54,971 bases of DNA from Candidatus Eiseniibacteriota bacterium (GCA_043806645.1 JAZDGX010000197.1:1-54971), one strand, 5' to 3'; shown: positions 28,806-38,883, counted from the first letter of the stretch. Notes: generated from the sequence alone by a model not told the origin. Translations and numbers: made by a program.

Positions 28806-30131
28806 TCACGCCGCTCCAGGCAGTTCGGTGCGGGATGCATCGCTGTCGGCGTCGGCCCGCGGCAGGTCCGGCGCCGACTCGGCCGACCCCCACTCGGCCC
28901 GGTGATTTTCGCTAAGGCTGTGGCGCGTTATGAGCGTGGCTTCCGCGGCCACATCCCCACCCAGGGCCAGGGCCAAGGCCTCGAGCAGCCGCGAAGGACG
29001 GATCGGTTTGGTCAAGTAGGCCGCCACTCCCACCTGGCGGCAGCGCGCCGCATCTCCGCGCATGCCGCTGGAAGTAAGCAGCACGATCGTGGCCTGAGAC
29101 AGATCGTGACGCTGCTTGATCTGCTGGGCCAGATCGAAGCCCTTCAACCCCGACATGCCGTCGTCCAGCAGCACGAGCCGGAACGGCTGGCCGCCCGCCG
29201 CGGCGAGCGTCAGCTTCCCCAAAGCGGCGGGGGTGCTGCCCGCCTCATCGACGACCACTCCCCAACCCTCGAGAAACGCCTTCAGCATCTCCCGATTCCC
29301 GACTTGGGTGTCGACGATCAAGGCCTTCAGTCCGCGCAGGACTCCCGGAAAAACGGGAGCCGCGGCCTGAGGGCGCATGTCCCCCGCGCGCATCCAGACC
29401 ATCAGTCGCAGCGCATCGCCCTCCGCGCCTCCACCCTCGAAGGAGAGGCCGCCGTTCATCAGCCCGGCGATCCGCTGCGCGACGACCAGACCGAGGGGTG
29501 TTTCCGCGGACGGCGCGGCCGAAGCGGGACGCTGGCCCTGCAACGCGGCCAGCGCCACGCGGAATTCCTCGGGAAACGCGGTCCCATCGCTGCCCATGAT
29601 CCGGATCTCGAGCGCGATTTCGTCGCCGCGGCGCTCTGTCACACGAATCCGGACGAGCATTCCCTCGGCAAACGAATAATGGAACGCGGCGGCGATGATG
29701 TTGAAGACTGCCTGCTTGAACCTCCCGGCATCGCCTTGCAGCGCGGCGGGGACGTCGGGCTCGATGATCAGACGCAGGGCGGGGCGCTTCTTCTCCGCCT
29801 CGATCGACAGTGATGTCATGACGGTTTCGAGTGAGCCGCGCAAATCGAAATCGATGCCATCCAACTCGAGTTCATTCGCCTCCATGCGCGTAAGATCGAG
29901 AAGATCGTTGACCAGATGGACCAGCCGGTTGGCATGGCCCTCGATAGCGGTCATCCACTCGTGTTCTTCGGGATCGCGCGTGGAATTGCGCAGGTGATCG
30001 ATGTTGGCGAGGATGCCGTTGAGTGGGGCGCGCAGCTCGTGACTCAGACCGGCCAGGAAGCCCCCGGGGGTGGCATGGCCCTCCCCGCTCGCAGAACGCT
30101 CCTCCACCGGATCGGTTGCATCGATGTGCAT
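28806..30131 (-). CDS. Soluble hybrid histidine kinase/response regulator without a sensor domain; catalytic ATP-binding domain looks degenerate
   Basis: H box GLSHELRAPLNGI. The N-box position reads FNIIAAAFHYS, so the second Asn is Ala. There is no DxGxG G1 box. G2 remnant is TPLGLVVAQRI. C-terminal receiver: LVLLDDGMSGL...TSSG...KPI. Confidence 0.75.
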   Translation of the reverse strand: MHIDATDPVEERSASGEGHATPGGFLAGLSHELRAPLNGILANIDHLRNSTRDPEEHEWMTAIEGHANRLVHLVNDLLDLTRMEANELELDGIDFDLRGSLETVMTSLSIEAEKKRPALRLIIEPDVPAALQGDAGRFKQAVFNIIAAAFHYSFAEGMLVRIRVTERRGDEIALEIRIMGSDGTAFPEEFRVALAALQGQRPASAAPSAETPLGLVVAQRIAGLMNGGLSFEGGGAEGDALRLMVWMRAGDMRPQAAAPVFPGVLRGLKALIVDTQVGNREMLKAFLEGWGVVVDEAGSTPAALGKLTLAAAGGQPFRLVLLDDGMSGLKGFDLAQQIKQRHDLSQATIVLLTSSGMRGDAARCRQVGVAAYLTKPIRPSRLLEALALALGGDVAAEATLITRHSLSENHRAEWGSAESAPDLPRADADSDASRTELPGAA

Positions 30132-30432
30132 GACGTTTCCCCCCGCACGCTTCCCCGGGCATTGGGATTCCTGCCGGGCGCAGCGGCAACGCGAATGGTT
30201 CCGGGGAGGTGGCGCAAAGCCCGGCCGGCCCTACCATCTTGTTATCGGACGAAGTCGCCCGAAGGTTTACCCATGGGGCCGATTGCAGGTGATTGGGACC
30301 CCTCCGGCGGCACGGGACCGGCTCAACCTCGCGCGGCCAAGCCGCCTAGCCAAGATGCCCCTGGCCCCCTCCCCTGCGGGCGGGTAGAATCCACTCGATC
30401 TTCGAGCACAGGCTGCACTTCGGGAGGAACTC

Positions 30433-31434
30433 ATGGATCGGACTCCTCTTGGCCGTCCGCCCTCGCGCGCACCCATGCCCCTGGCCCTGCTGCTCCTGCT
30501 TGGTTTGTGCGCGCTGCCGGGCGCTTGCGGTGGCAGTGGCGAACAAGGCAAGACCGCCGGCGGCTCCGCCGAATCCGCCGGGTCGGACGCTCCGCGGCCG
30601 GTCATCGGCGTCTCGCTCCTCACCCGCACCCATCCGTTCTATCAGGACCTGGAAGCGGGGCTCCAGGAAGGGGCTGCGCGCCACGGCTATGAACTGACCG
30701 TGCAGGCGGGGGAGTTCGACGTCGCACGCCAGAAGGACCAGATCGACAACTTCCTCGTACGCAAGGTGAGCGCGATCATCGTTTCGCCGTGCGACTCGAA
30801 GTCGATCGGGACATCGATTCAGGCGGCCAATCGCGCAGGTATTCCGGTCTTCACCGCCGACATCGCCGTGCTGGCCGAAGGCGCCGCGGTCGTTTGCCAT
30901 GTGGCCTCGGACAATGTCGCCGGCGGCCGCCTGGCGGCTCAGGCCGTGGTCGACGCGTTGGGGGGGCAGGGGAAAGTGGCCGTCATCGACCATCCCGAGG
31001 TCGAGTCGGTCATCCAGCGTGTCCACGGCTTCGAAGAGGCCCTCAAGGAACACCCCGGCATCGAGATCGTGGCCAAACTGTCGGGTCGGGGCGTGAAGGA
31101 TATGGCCTTTCGCACCGCCGAAGACATCCTGCAGGCACATCCTGATCTGGATGCCATCTTCGGCATCAACGACGATTCCGCCCTGGGCGCGCTGGCCGCC
31201 GTCGAGAAGGCGGGCAAGCTGGGGCGCGTGACGATCATCGGTTTCGACGCCGTGCCGGAGGCCCGCGCGGCGATCCGCGCCGGGAAGATCCACGCCGATG
31301 TGATCCAGCAGCCCAAACGCATCGGATTGACGGTGCTGGAGGCGGTGGCGGATTACATGGCCGGCAAGCCGGTGCCCGCGGAAATCCTGATCCCCTGCGA
31401 TCTGTTTACCGGCGACGAACCGGAGGAGTCGTAG
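30433..31434 (+). CDS. Sugar ABC transporter substrate-binding lipoprotein (RbsB/periplasmic-binding-protein type I family)
   Basis: Lipobox-like LPGACGG. Motifs VIGVSLLTRTHPFYQDL, FDVARQKDQIDNFL, VASDNVAGGRLAAQ, GINDDSALGA. Confidence 0.85.
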   Translation: MDRTPLGRPPSRAPMPLALLLLLGLCALPGACGGSGEQGKTAGGSAESAGSDAPRPVIGVSLLTRTHPFYQDLEAGLQEGAARHGYELTVQAGEFDVARQKDQIDNFLVRKVSAIIVSPCDSKSIGTSIQAANRAGIPVFTADIAVLAEGAAVVCHVASDNVAGGRLAAQAVVDALGGQGKVAVIDHPEVESVIQRVHGFEEALKEHPGIEIVAKLSGRGVKDMAFRTAEDILQAHPDLDAIFGINDDSALGALAAVEKAGKLGRVTIIGFDAVPEARAAIRAGKIHADVIQQPKRIGLTVLEAVADYMAGKPVPAEILIPCDLFTGDEPEES

Positions 31435-31435
31435 G

Positions 31436-33070
31436 TTGGACGAGATGGGCCCCACGGGCCCCGGTTCCGGCTCACCGCAGCCGTCCTCGCATCACGCGGG
31501 CGGACCGGCGGAGGCGGGCCCGCGCCACGCGCCGATTCTCGAGCTCGTGGGAATCGACAAGTCCTTTCCGGGTGTCCAGGCATTGCGGGATGCTCGTCTG
31601 GATGTGCGCGCCGGCGAGATTCACGCACTGGTCGGCGAGAACGGCGCGGGCAAGAGCACGCTGATCAAGGTCGCGACGGGCGCCCATCAGCCGGACCGCG
31701 GTGAAATACGCCTGGAGGGCCGGCCCGCGCGCATCCGTAATCCGATCGACGCCCTCCGTCAAGGCATCGCGGCGATCTACCAGGAATTCAATCTCGTCCC
31801 CGCCCTCACGGTGCGGGAGAATTTGTTTCTCGGACGGGAAGGCCGTCGCCTCACGCTCGCTGCGCGCGCCGAGCGCGCGCGGGCGCAGGAAATCCTCGCC
31901 CGTCTGGGAGCGGATTTCGATTCGGAGACCCCGGTCGGGTCACTGTCGGTCGCCCGGCAGCAACTCGTGGAAATCGGCCGGGCCCTGCTTGCCGATGCGC
32001 GCCTGCTCATCATGGACGAGCCGACCGCACCTCTTACACCGCGCGAGGTCGACCGTCTCTTCGCGATCCTCGCCGAGCTGCGCGCCGCAGGTCACGGCCT
32101 GCTCTTCATCAGTCACCGCCTGGACGAGGTCTTGCGGATTGCAGATCGCATCAGCGTCATGCGCGACGGCGTCAGCTTGGGCACCTGGACGGCGGACACG
32201 CTGACTCGCGAGGCGATGATCGAGAAGATGGTCGGCCGTCCGCTCGAGCAGGAGTTCCCCAAGCAGCGCGCGCAGTTCGGCCCGCCGCTGCTCGAGGTGC
32301 GGAACTTGACCGGCGGGCGCGTGCGTGATGTCTCTTTCCAGGTGCGGCGCGGCGGGGTGGTGGGGCTGGCGGGGTTGGTCGGCGCGGGACGGACCGATCT
32401 GGTGCGCCTGATCTTCGGAGCCGATCCACGAAGTTCGGGAACGATCCTGATGAACGGCGTTGCGCTGCGGATCGAGAGTCCCCGCGACGCGATCCGTCAC
32501 GGCATCTGCCTGCTCACCGAGGACCGCAAGGGCCAGGGGCTGATCCTGGGGCTGGGGGCGCGAGAGAACTTCTCGCTGCCCAGCCTGTCGCGCTGGACGT
32601 CCCACGGATGGATCCACGAGCGCCGCGAGACGGACTCGTTTCTGCACCATGTCGAGCGATTGAAGATCCGCCTGGCCGGACCGGAGCAGCCCGCCGGACA
32701 CTTGTCCGGGGGTAACCAGCAGAAGCTGCTCATCGCGCGCTGGCTCGAGAGCGATTCGCAGGTCATGATCTTCGACGAACCCACCCGCGGCATCGACGTC
32801 GGCGCGAAGGTCGAGATGTATCTTCTGATCAACGAACTCGCCGCCCACGGCAAGGCGATCGTGATGATCTCCTCCGAGCTGCCCGAGATCCTCGGCATGA
32901 GCGATCGCGTCATCGTCATGCGGGGCGGGCGGATCGGGGGTGAGCTCCGCGAGGCGACCGCCGCGGGGCAGGCCGAGGTGATGGCGCTGGCCGTGGGTGC
33001 CGGCGTGCCGGAAGCCGGGACGTCGAGGACGGTGGACGCAGGGGGCGCACCGGAGGCGGGAGACCGATGA
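31436..33070 (+). CDS. Sugar ABC transporter ATP-binding protein (two fused ABC domains, RbsA/MglA-like)
   Basis: Walker A GENGAGKSTL and GLVGAGRTDL. Signatures LSVARQQLVEIGRAL and LSGGNQQKLLIARWL. TTG 31436 is 8 nt after GGAGGAG; ATG 31445 is an alternative. Confidence 0.88.
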   Translation: MDEMGPTGPGSGSPQPSSHHAGGPAEAGPRHAPILELVGIDKSFPGVQALRDARLDVRAGEIHALVGENGAGKSTLIKVATGAHQPDRGEIRLEGRPARIRNPIDALRQGIAAIYQEFNLVPALTVRENLFLGREGRRLTLAARAERARAQEILARLGADFDSETPVGSLSVARQQLVEIGRALLADARLLIMDEPTAPLTPREVDRLFAILAELRAAGHGLLFISHRLDEVLRIADRISVMRDGVSLGTWTADTLTREAMIEKMVGRPLEQEFPKQRAQFGPPLLEVRNLTGGRVRDVSFQVRRGGVVGLAGLVGAGRTDLVRLIFGADPRSSGTILMNGVALRIESPRDAIRHGICLLTEDRKGQGLILGLGARENFSLPSLSRWTSHGWIHERRETDSFLHHVERLKIRLAGPEQPAGHLSGGNQQKLLIARWLESDSQVMIFDEPTRGIDVGAKVEMYLLINELAAHGKAIVMISSELPEILGMSDRVIVMRGGRIGGELREATAAGQAEVMALAVGAGVPEAGTSRTVDAGGAPEAGDR

Positions 33071-34449
33071 ATCCGCGTCTGCGACAGACGATCGCGCGTT
33101 TCCTGAGCCATTACGGCATGCTGGGCGTGCTCGTGCTCCTGGCGTGCTTCTTCTCGCTGGTCACGCTGCAGGAGCAGCATCCGGCAGGGGCCGCCGCGGC
33201 GCGTTCGTTGCTTTCGCGACTTCCCGCGCGGCCGGATGACCCGCAGGCCCCGGACGCGGTCCTGATCGTGGCTCGCGCGGTGGGCGAAGACGGGCGTTTC
33301 GGCGAACAGTTGGCCTCAGGCCTGCGCGCCCGTGGTTACCGTGATGTCGAAACCTTTCTGGGAGAGCCGGGGGAAATCCGCGCGGCGTTGGCGCGCTGGA
33401 TCGAAGCCCGTTCGGAGCCGCCTGCCCGCCTTGCCATCGCGACTCCACATGCGTATGCGGCAATCGCCCGCGCCATTCAGGAGGATTTCCCGCCGCTTTC
33501 CGGAGCGCAGGTGCTCACTCCCGGTTCCTACCGCTGGCCGACCTTCCTGCTGGCCGAGAACCTGCTCAATGTGGCCAACCAGATCGCGGTCATCGCCATC
33601 GTGGCCATCGGGATGACCATGGTCATCATCGCCGGCGGCATCGACTTATCCGTCGGCAGCCTGATCGCCCTGGCCGCGGTGCTGGTCGCCGGATTCGTCG
33701 GCCACCTGGGCGGCGCGGCCGCCTCGGGCTGGGCGATGCTGGCGGCCGCCGTCGCGGCCATCCTGGCCGGCTGCCTCGTGGGCGCCTTCTCGGGCATCGT
33801 CATCACCCGGTTTCGCGTCCCCCCTTTCATCGCCACCCTAGGAATGATGCAGGTGGCCAGCGGTCTCGCCTATATTCTCTCTCAGGGCCGGCCCATCTAT
33901 CAGCTCCCGGATCGTTTCGTGGGTCTGGGCCGCGGCGCGGATCCGCTGGTGGGTATTCCGTATGCGGTTCTGTTGATGGCCCTGCTGTACGTGGCCGCCC
34001 ATCTCCTGATGTCGCGCACTCCCCTGGGGCGCTACATCTACGCGGTCGGAGGCAACGCGGAGGCGGCCCGCCTGGCCGGTGTCGACGTGCGGGCCGTGTT
34101 GATGTTCGTCTACATCGTGTCGGCGGGATTGGCGGGGCTGGGCGGGGTGATGATGGCCTCGCAATTGAAGAGCGGCGCCCCGACGTACGGATTGATGTAC
34201 GAGCTTTATGTCATTGCGGCCGTCGTCGTGGGAGGCACGAGCCTGAGTGGAGGAGAGGGCCGCATTCTGGGAACCTTGATCGGAGCGTTCATCATTGCCG
34301 TCATTCAGAACGGCATGAACCTGACCAACGTGGAGAGCTATACCCAGAAGGTCGTTCTGGGACTGGTGATCCTGGGCGCAGTATTGCTCGACCGCTCGCG
34401 GCATGCCGGATGGTTCCGGCGGCGGGGGGCTGGCAGGTCGCCCGGATAG
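33067..34449 (+). CDS. Sugar ABC transporter permease (RbsC family) with a ~150-aa N-terminal extension
   Basis: ATGA overlap with the upstream gene. Core motifs IAVIAIVAIGMTMVIIAGGIDLSVGS and GGTSLSGGEGRILGT. The extension is one TM helix plus a soluble segment (aa ~35-165). Confidence 0.85.
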   Translation: MNPRLRQTIARFLSHYGMLGVLVLLACFFSLVTLQEQHPAGAAAARSLLSRLPARPDDPQAPDAVLIVARAVGEDGRFGEQLASGLRARGYRDVETFLGEPGEIRAALARWIEARSEPPARLAIATPHAYAAIARAIQEDFPPLSGAQVLTPGSYRWPTFLLAENLLNVANQIAVIAIVAIGMTMVIIAGGIDLSVGSLIALAAVLVAGFVGHLGGAAASGWAMLAAAVAAILAGCLVGAFSGIVITRFRVPPFIATLGMMQVASGLAYILSQGRPIYQLPDRFVGLGRGADPLVGIPYAVLLMALLYVAAHLLMSRTPLGRYIYAVGGNAEAARLAGVDVRAVLMFVYIVSAGLAGLGGVMMASQLKSGAPTYGLMYELYVIAAVVVGGTSLSGGEGRILGTLIGAFIIAVIQNGMNLTNVESYTQKVVLGLVILGAVLLDRSRHAGWFRRRGAGRSPG

Positions 34450-34473
34450 GAATCCTGAAGAAGGGAACATGAC

Positions 34474-37400
34474 ATGCGTATCGCTCCTCGGTTCTTCCTG
34501 GCGCTCTTCGCCGCCGCGTGCATCCTGCCGGCGTGGGCTCAGGCTCAGGACGCCGGCCGGGCGCCCACCGACCGGCGGACCAAAGAGACGCCCAACGTCC
34601 ACCTCGTCGCTACGGCCCACCTCGATACGCAGTGGCGCTGGACGATTCAGGATGTCATTCGCGACTACATCCCGGCGACGCTGAGGCAGAACTTCGCCCT
34701 CTTCGAGCAGCATCCCGATTACGTGTTCAGCTTCGAGGGCGCTTTCCGCTATCAGTTGATGAAGGAATACTACCCGGAGGAATACGCGCGCCTGAAGGAA
34801 TACATCGCCGCCGGCAGATGGAAGGTGGCGGGAAGCTGGCTGGATGCCGTGGATGTCAATCTCCCCGCGCCCGAGTCCATGATCCGCCATGCGCTGTACG
34901 GCAACGGATTCTTCAGGCGCGAATTCGACACGGTCAGCCGCGATGTCTTTCTGCCCGATTGCTTCGGCTTCGGCTACAGCCTGCCCGCCGCGGCGGCCCA
35001 CAGCGGCCTGCTCGGCTTCTCGACGCAGAAGCTGGGCTGGGGCTCGGCGGTGGGCGTGCCTTTCGATGTCGGCTTGTGGAAGGGGGTCGACGGCGCACAC
35101 CTGATCGCCGCATTAAACCCCGGCTCGTACGTATCGAACATCGAGCACGACCTGAGCGCCGATTCCGCTCTGATCGCGATGGTCGAGCGCCAGCGCGCAG
35201 TTTCCGGCTTTCCGGTGGCGATGAAGTACTTCGGGACCGGGGATCAGGGGGGTTCGCCCACGCCTTCTTCAGTGGCCTGGATGGAGCGCAGCGTCAACGG
35301 CCCCGGACCGCTGCGCGTGGCGAACGTCGCCTCCGACCGTCTGGCCCGCGATCTCGGCGCCCAGCTCGGCACCGACCTGGGCACCGGCCTGCGGGCGAAC
35401 CTGGACCTCGGCCCGCTCGCGCGGCTGCCGCTCTACGACGGTGAGCTGCTGATGACCGATCACGGCACCGGCTGCTACAGCTCGCAGGCGGCGATGAAGC
35501 GCTGGAATCGCAAGAATGAACGCCTGGCCGACGCGGCCGAGCGGGTCGCGGTGGCGGCGCACTGGCTGGGAGGCGCGCGCTACCCTCATGCGACGCTGCT
35601 CGAGGCGTGGACGCGTTTCCTTTGGCATCAGTTCCACGACGACATTACGGGCACGAGCATCCCCGAGGCCTATGTCTTCTCATGGAACGACGAGGCGCTG
35701 TCGCAGAATCAATTCGCCGATGTGCTCCAGGGCAGTGTCGCCGCGGTGGCGCGCGCCATGGACACGGAGGTTCGCCGGGGCGAGCCGCTGCTGGTCTACA
35801 ATCCGCTCGCCATCGAGCGCGAAGACATCGTCGAGGCCCAGGTCCGTTTCGCGCAGGGCAGCCCGCGTGCAGTGCGCGTCTACGATTCTTCCGATCGCGA
35901 AGTCCCGGCGCAGTCCTATGCGCTCCCGGATGGGCGCACGGCGATCGTCTTTCTCGCCAAGGTGCCCCCGGTCGGGTTCGCCCTCTATGAGCTGCGCGCC
36001 TCCATGGGTCCGGGGCCGGACAACCCCGAGTTGCGCGTGGATTCCTCGGGACTCGAGAACCACCGCTATCGCGTGAGCGTGGACGAGCGCGGCGACATCG
36101 CCTCGATCTTCGACAAGGTCGCGGGCCGTGAACTGCTCGCCGCGCCGCTGCGACTGCAACTGCTCGCCGACAGCCCCAGCGAGTGGGCGGCGTGGGAAGT
36201 CGACTACGACGACATCATGGCCCAGCCGCGTCCGGTCGCCGGCCCGCAGGTCAACAAGCGGATCGCGGAAGAGGGCCCGGCGCGCGCGACGCTCGTCGTC
36301 GAGCGCGGCGCGGCGGGTTCCACCTTCGTTCAGCGCATCTCGCTGGCGGCGGGGGCCGCGGGGGATCAACTCGTCATCACCACTGAAATCGACTGGCGTA
36401 CGCCCGGGACGATGGTCAAGGCGGCATTCCCGCTCGCCGCGCGCAACCGCGTCGCGACCTACGACCTGCGCCTGGGCACGATCGAACGGCCCGTCAACGC
36501 GCCCAAGCTCTACGAGGTCCCGGCGCAGCAATGGGCCGATCTCACGGAGGAGGACGGCAGCTATGGAATCGCCGTGCTCAACGACTGCCGCTATGGCTGG
36601 GACCGTCCCGACGCGACCACGCTGCGCCTGACGCTCGTGCGCACGCCGGAGGTGAACGATCGCTGGCAGTGGATCCGCGATCAGGCCTCCCAGGATTTCG
36701 GCCATCACCGCGTGACCTATGCCGTCTATGGCCACGCCGGAGACTGGCGCGACGCGGGCGTCGCCTGGCAGGCCGAACGCCTGAATCAGCCGCTGCTGGC
36801 CTTCCGCGTGCCGGCGCACCGGGGTTGGCTGGGCAACAGCTTCTCCTTCGTCCACTTCGACATGGGGGGGGCGGGAACCGCCTTCGGAGATTGGGAGACC
36901 AATGCCCCGACCGGCACCGGCGCCGAGCTCCCGCCGGTCGCCATCCGCGCGCTCAAGCTGGCTGAGGACGGAGACGAGATCGTCATCCGTGTGCAGGAAA
37001 TCTCCGGCCGCGCGATCCAGGACTGCGGCGTGCGCTTTGCCGCCCCGATTGCCATTATGCGTGAGATGAATGGAGCGGAGGAGCCCTTGCAAAGCGAAGC
37101 GGGCGGCGCGGCCGGCCCCGCGAGCGTGAGCGACGGGGTCTTGCGCTTCGCCCTGGGGCCTTATCAACTGCGCACCTTCGCCCTGCGTCTGTCGCCCGCG
37201 CAGAAGATGCTGGAGCCTCCGGTGTCGGAAGTCGTTTCCCTGCCCTACAACGTGGACGGCATCAGCGATCGCAATGATCCGACCGATGGCGACTTCGACG
37301 GCCAGGGACACACATTGCCCGCGGATCTGCTGCCCGAGGTGCTGTACTCGAACGGCGTCGCCTTCCGCATGGGGCCCCGCGCGCCGGGATGGGCCAATGC

Positions 37401-38553
37401 GCTCGCCTGTCAGGGACAGCGCATCATGCTGCCCGCGGGCTCGTTCGACCGCCTGTATGTGCTCGCGGCTTCCGTCGAGGGCGATCGCTCCGCGGACTTC
37501 GGCATCGAGCCCGCCTATGTCGACAACTACCGACAGGCTCTCTGGATGCAGGACTGGGCCGCGCCTGTCGGCCAGTGGAACAACCGCGTGGTCATGGGTG
37601 AAGTGCGCGGCGACCCCGATCGAATCGCGCCGGCGTACGTGAAACCGGCGACGGTGGGCTGGGTGGGCGCGCATCGACATGACCGGGCGGGCGCGCGCGA
37701 ACCCTATGCGCAAGCGTATCTGTTCCGCTACGCCATCGATCTGGCGCACGAGACCCGCAGCATCGTGCTGCCCAATGACCCCGGCCTGCGCATTGTCGCC
37801 ATGACCGCGGCCAGTAATTCGAACGACGGGGTGGTCGCCACGACCCCGCTGAGCGATGCTCCGGTGGCGACCTCGGTTTCGATCGAGGCGCCGATGACCG
37901 CGTTCATCGGCTCCACGCGGGTGCACCTCACCACCCCGATTCCGGGGGCCGGGATACACTACACGCTCGACGGCACCCGGCCCGTGCCCGAATCGCCCCG
38001 CTATGCCGGACCCATCGAACTGAAGGCCACGACCACGGTCAAGGCGCGAGCCTTTGCCGCCGGCATCCAGGACGGCTATGTCGCCGAGGCCACGTTCACG
38101 CTCCAGGCGCCGCGCGCGGCGATGCGTCCCGCGACGGTGCAGCCGGGCTTGACCATGTATGGCTATGCGGGAGAATGGACGAATCTACCCGGATTCACCG
38201 AGACGCCCCGTTCCGTGGACATCGTCGCCACGGTCGGCATCCACGGCCCCGCGGAGCAAGAGCACTTCGGGCTGGTTTTCGAAGGGTTCCTGCGCGTGCC
38301 GCGGGAAGGCATGTACACCTTCTATCTCGGCTCGGACGATGGGAGCGCGCTTTCTATCGGCAACGACCGGCTGATCGACAACGATGGCTTGCACAGCCAC
38401 GAGATCGCGCGCGGCCACATCGCCCTCGGCGCGGGCCTCCATCCGCTGCGCGTCGAGTACTTCCAGGGGCAGGGCGGCGCCTCGCTCGATCTGGAATGGG
38501 AAGGGCCGGGCATTGCGCGCGGCCCTGTCCCGGCGGAGGCGTTGGGGCATTAG
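34474..38553 (+). CDS. Secreted GH38 alpha-mannosidase with C-terminal FN3-associated (chitobiase-like) and PA14 domains
   Basis: Signal peptide ...PAWAQA|QD. GH38 N-domain motifs VATAHLDTQWRW and FLPDCFGFGYSLP, and the central WHQFHDDITGTS. C terminus has GAGIHYTLDGTRP...YAGPIEL, then PA14-like GMYTFYLGSDDGSALSIGNDRLIDNDGLH...LDLEWEGPG. Confidence 0.88.
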   Translation: MRIAPRFFLALFAAACILPAWAQAQDAGRAPTDRRTKETPNVHLVATAHLDTQWRWTIQDVIRDYIPATLRQNFALFEQHPDYVFSFEGAFRYQLMKEYYPEEYARLKEYIAAGRWKVAGSWLDAVDVNLPAPESMIRHALYGNGFFRREFDTVSRDVFLPDCFGFGYSLPAAAAHSGLLGFSTQKLGWGSAVGVPFDVGLWKGVDGAHLIAALNPGSYVSNIEHDLSADSALIAMVERQRAVSGFPVAMKYFGTGDQGGSPTPSSVAWMERSVNGPGPLRVANVASDRLARDLGAQLGTDLGTGLRANLDLGPLARLPLYDGELLMTDHGTGCYSSQAAMKRWNRKNERLADAAERVAVAAHWLGGARYPHATLLEAWTRFLWHQFHDDITGTSIPEAYVFSWNDEALSQNQFADVLQGSVAAVARAMDTEVRRGEPLLVYNPLAIEREDIVEAQVRFAQGSPRAVRVYDSSDREVPAQSYALPDGRTAIVFLAKVPPVGFALYELRASMGPGPDNPELRVDSSGLENHRYRVSVDERGDIASIFDKVAGRELLAAPLRLQLLADSPSEWAAWEVDYDDIMAQPRPVAGPQVNKRIAEEGPARATLVVERGAAGSTFVQRISLAAGAAGDQLVITTEIDWRTPGTMVKAAFPLAARNRVATYDLRLGTIERPVNAPKLYEVPAQQWADLTEEDGSYGIAVLNDCRYGWDRPDATTLRLTLVRTPEVNDRWQWIRDQASQDFGHHRVTYAVYGHAGDWRDAGVAWQAERLNQPLLAFRVPAHRGWLGNSFSFVHFDMGGAGTAFGDWETNAPTGTGAELPPVAIRALKLAEDGDEIVIRVQEISGRAIQDCGVRFAAPIAIMREMNGAEEPLQSEAGGAAGPASVSDGVLRFALGPYQLRTFALRLSPAQKMLEPPVSEVVSLPYNVDGISDRNDPTDGDFDGQGHTLPADLLPEVLYSNGVAFRMGPRAPGWANALACQGQRIMLPAGSFDRLYVLAASVEGDRSADFGIEPAYVDNYRQALWMQDWAAPVGQWNNRVVMGEVRGDPDRIAPAYVKPATVGWVGAHRHDRAGAREPYAQAYLFRYAIDLAHETRSIVLPNDPGLRIVAMTAASNSNDGVVATTPLSDAPVATSVSIEAPMTAFIGSTRVHLTTPIPGAGIHYTLDGTRPVPESPRYAGPIELKATTTVKARAFAAGIQDGYVAEATFTLQAPRAAMRPATVQPGLTMYGYAGEWTNLPGFTETPRSVDIVATVGIHGPAEQEHFGLVFEGFLRVPREGMYTFYLGSDDGSALSIGNDRLIDNDGLHSHEIARGHIALGAGLHPLRVEYFQGQGGASLDLEWEGPGIARGPVPAEALGH

Positions 38554-38823
38554 GGGAGCGCTGCGGGCGCCGTTCCAGTCGGGATCGGCATGGTCACACC
38601 CGCCCCGAGCGCCCGCTGCATGGCCTTGCTGCGATTCGGCAGTCCACGCGCAGCGAACCAAGCCGCGAGATGCGGTCTGGATCAGTACCCCTTCCGCGCG
38701 AGAACGCCTCCTTGTGGAGTTGAACGGCACTGTTCGCTCGTGAACGCTCTTTCTCGATTGAACACACGGGCAGATTCAGGGACCTCCCTCTCCCCCACAC
38801 CCTTCCGCAGCCTGACGTCCATA

Positions 38824-38832
38824 TGCTAGACT
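38824..38832 (+). promoter_or_regulatory. Putative extended -10 element (TGcTAGACT) upstream of the beta-helix gene
   Basis: The 10-mer ATGCTAGACT is identical to the one at 15463-15472. No good -35 is present. 52 nt upstream of ATG 38884. Confidence 0.25.
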
Positions 38833-38883
38833 TCGCTTTGTGACTGACTGTATGCTTGAACTCCTATCAACGGAGGTGGAGAG

